Assembly (NCBI RefSeq): GCF_963921235.1
Contig: NC_086097.1
Coordinates: 184,204,001-184,268,000, forward strand
DNA: 64,000 nucleotides
Reading direction: 5' to 3'
From: Mobula hypostoma
Taxonomy: Eukaryota
The position numbers and the translations under genes were made by a program. The notes below the pieces were generated by a model that worked only from the letters and a program-made list of their open reading frames with translations, ran no database searches and was not told the DNA's origin. Positions 61,631-64,000 of this stretch are shown piece after piece (position 1 is the first letter of the stretch; the number at the start of each line of letters is the position of its first letter).

Positions 61631-64000
61631 TTAGAAGAGCCTTTGCTCGGGCTTAGTAGAGAGAGTCGATCTGTTCTGCTCAATCCATTTGCAACTGGCT
61701 GTCTATTATTACATTCAATTTCCACCCAGTACCCTGCCGGAAAGGTGTTTGGCCATGACCTATTATATAAAAACCCCTACTTCAATGCGTCACAGTTATG
61801 GAGCACGCCGCAAATTGTGAGTTAACTTGTGTGAAATGTAATCTTGGCTGTTAGCGAAAATATTAACCCTCTGGTCACATGCTTACATAGCTGCAATGTC
61901 CTTTTGTCCTTTGCCAAAATGTCACACTTTCAGTCAGCATATTGGTGCAATTGTCTTTGCAGACAAGGCAAATGAGAAGAAATTACAAGCCATCTTATTC
62001 CTATTTTAAAAATATAAATTAAATGTTACAACTTATTCCCAAATGTAATGACTTTTTGGTTCTCATAGAATTCATCAATTTATCAATGACTTGCTGAATT
62101 CTATTTGCATATTCTATTTGATGATGACAGCAGTACAAAATTCAATAAATTATGCTTGCTTTGTATTAGATCAATTAAAGCTTTTTGTACTCAATTCTTT
62201 TACACCAATCGATCATAAAAGTTTTATGTGCCACTCTATTTAATGATTAATGATAATGATGCAGAATAGGGTACCTGATAATGGTTTGGATATGTGGAAG
62301 TTAGAATTTCTTGCACAGATTCACCTGATTGCTGCCATGCTTCAAACATTGGCACATGGCAATAATAAAGCTGGCTTTTACCTCTTTATATTTAGGTGGG
62401 TGATCCAATCAAAATGTTACATATCAGTCTTAATGTAATTTGCCTGAAGAGATGAATGCCTTTTGCTTGTTCCTTTTGTGTGTGTGTATTCATGGGAGAG
62501 GAATAACAATTGGCACTCAGTTACAAGTCAGTAATTCAGTTCATTGAGTGGAATGAGTGTTGTGATGCAACAATTTTCAGATGTAAACCTCAACTTGGAG
62601 AAGCATGTGGAAAGCTCCAGGTACTTCGGGTCTTTCCATGGGAAGCACTTGGCGACCAAGCATGAGCAGCAGAAAAATAGAGAGAGTAAATCATCTTGAT
62701 CACAAGGGGCTGCATAAAAAGAAAATGAGGAAATACTAAGTTATGCATACACAAAATGCTGGAGAAACTCAGCAAGTCAGGCAGCACCGATGGAAATTAA
62801 CGGTCGACCCTTATTTGGGACCCTTCTTTGGGACTCTTCTTCAGGACTAGCATGGTTACTTGCATTTTGTGTGTGAAATTTTGTATGTTCTAATTTGTGA
62901 AATAATTTGAGATTCTTGTGTAAATATGTTATGGTTCGGAAAAGAAAGCTCTCTGTATGGAGCTTTATTCAACTGAATTGATGTAAGATCCTGGTGGAAA
63001 GACAAGAGACTGCAGATCCTGGAATCTGGAGTAATTGGAAATTGCTGGAAGAACTTGTGGTTTGAACAGATCTGTGGAGGCAAAGGAATTGCTGATGTTT
63101 CAGGTCCAGACCCTGAGTCACTGTCTAATGGTTACCGCAGGAACACTAGAAACATTGAGCGAGCTGAATTCCAGACTTGATTTATTGATCTCGGTTTGGT
63201 ATTTGATTTTGTTTTGATAAATTTCAGGTTTTATTGTATTTGTGTGTTCTTTTCACAGCCTACCTCTTTCTCTACTGAAGGTATTGGCTCATAATTGGAC
63301 ATTTTTTTGTATCTCATCCAGATAACCAGATTTGTATTGTGAGTCTTGTGCATGTGAATGCATGCAGTTCAAATACAGGCAACACCACAGCTGACTTTGA
63401 TTCTTCTGTCTACTACCTTGCATGTGGATAATCATTAGCAGCCCGCCAATTATCTGGCACCACTCCCTCCTAAGTTGTGTTTCTTCTACCACTGCCACGA
63501 GTAAAGAACAGGTAAAATGAATGAAGTCTGCTTTCTCTTGATGTTGTTCACTGAGCCTTCTGAGGAACGGGAAATTAAAATTACAATATCTCATTGCAAA
63601 GATCAAAAGATTGTTCATATTCAGTTATCAATTTGCCTGCCATATGATTTATTCTAGAATATATTTGTAGGATTAAAGCTGTGTTTTTTTTATCCACACA
63701 TAGGCAATTAAGTATTTGCAGTTAAAAATTAAAACAAAGGTAGAACTAAACACAGCTGGGAGTCCATTTGCAGGTGAAAGGATACTCCTTTGATGCTGTA
63801 CCAGCTGTGTGTTTGTTAAGTGAACAGTTTACCGAGCTTCTATCCAACTGTCCACCTATAGTATAATGTAGACAGAAACGGGTTCAGTGGTATTCAGGAA
63901 AAGCATTGCATTAATTTTTCATGCACAAAATGCATATGAGGTATCGCACTGATGCAGGATGGTAATGAAGTCAGGATGTTAAAATCTGCAGGGAATAAAT

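Noticed and set aside
54490..64000. Next TRIQK exon (KQDYKKTKPIL...)
   Set aside because: Not found by eye; probably beyond the window.

Overview
Repeat-rich vertebrate genomic DNA. The CR1, Rex1/Babar, Penelope and tRNA-SINE content suggests a cartilaginous fish (inference). The one host gene I can support is TRIQK on the + strand: a CpG-rich promoter with a probable non-coding exon at ~29.1-29.7 kb and the first coding exon at 54407-54489 (MGRKDASTSKIPIDHYRKQI-G), which the ORF track missed. The most striking object is a 2.3-kb internally deleted Gypsy LTR element (49724-52015, minus strand) with both LTRs, PBS, PPT and a TSD. Its RT, RNase H and integrase core are replaced by intron-free host coding sequence: a RABEP1 (Rabaptin-5) coiled-coil segment fused in frame to the protease, with an SH3KBP1/CIN85 C-terminal segment nested inside it. 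A second theme is Penelope-like elements carrying minimal hammerhead ribozyme motifs, repeatedly inserted as TSD-flanked inverted structures of about 0.16-1.7 kb. Protein identifications rest on recalled reference sequences, no database search was run, and old-repeat boundaries are approximate.
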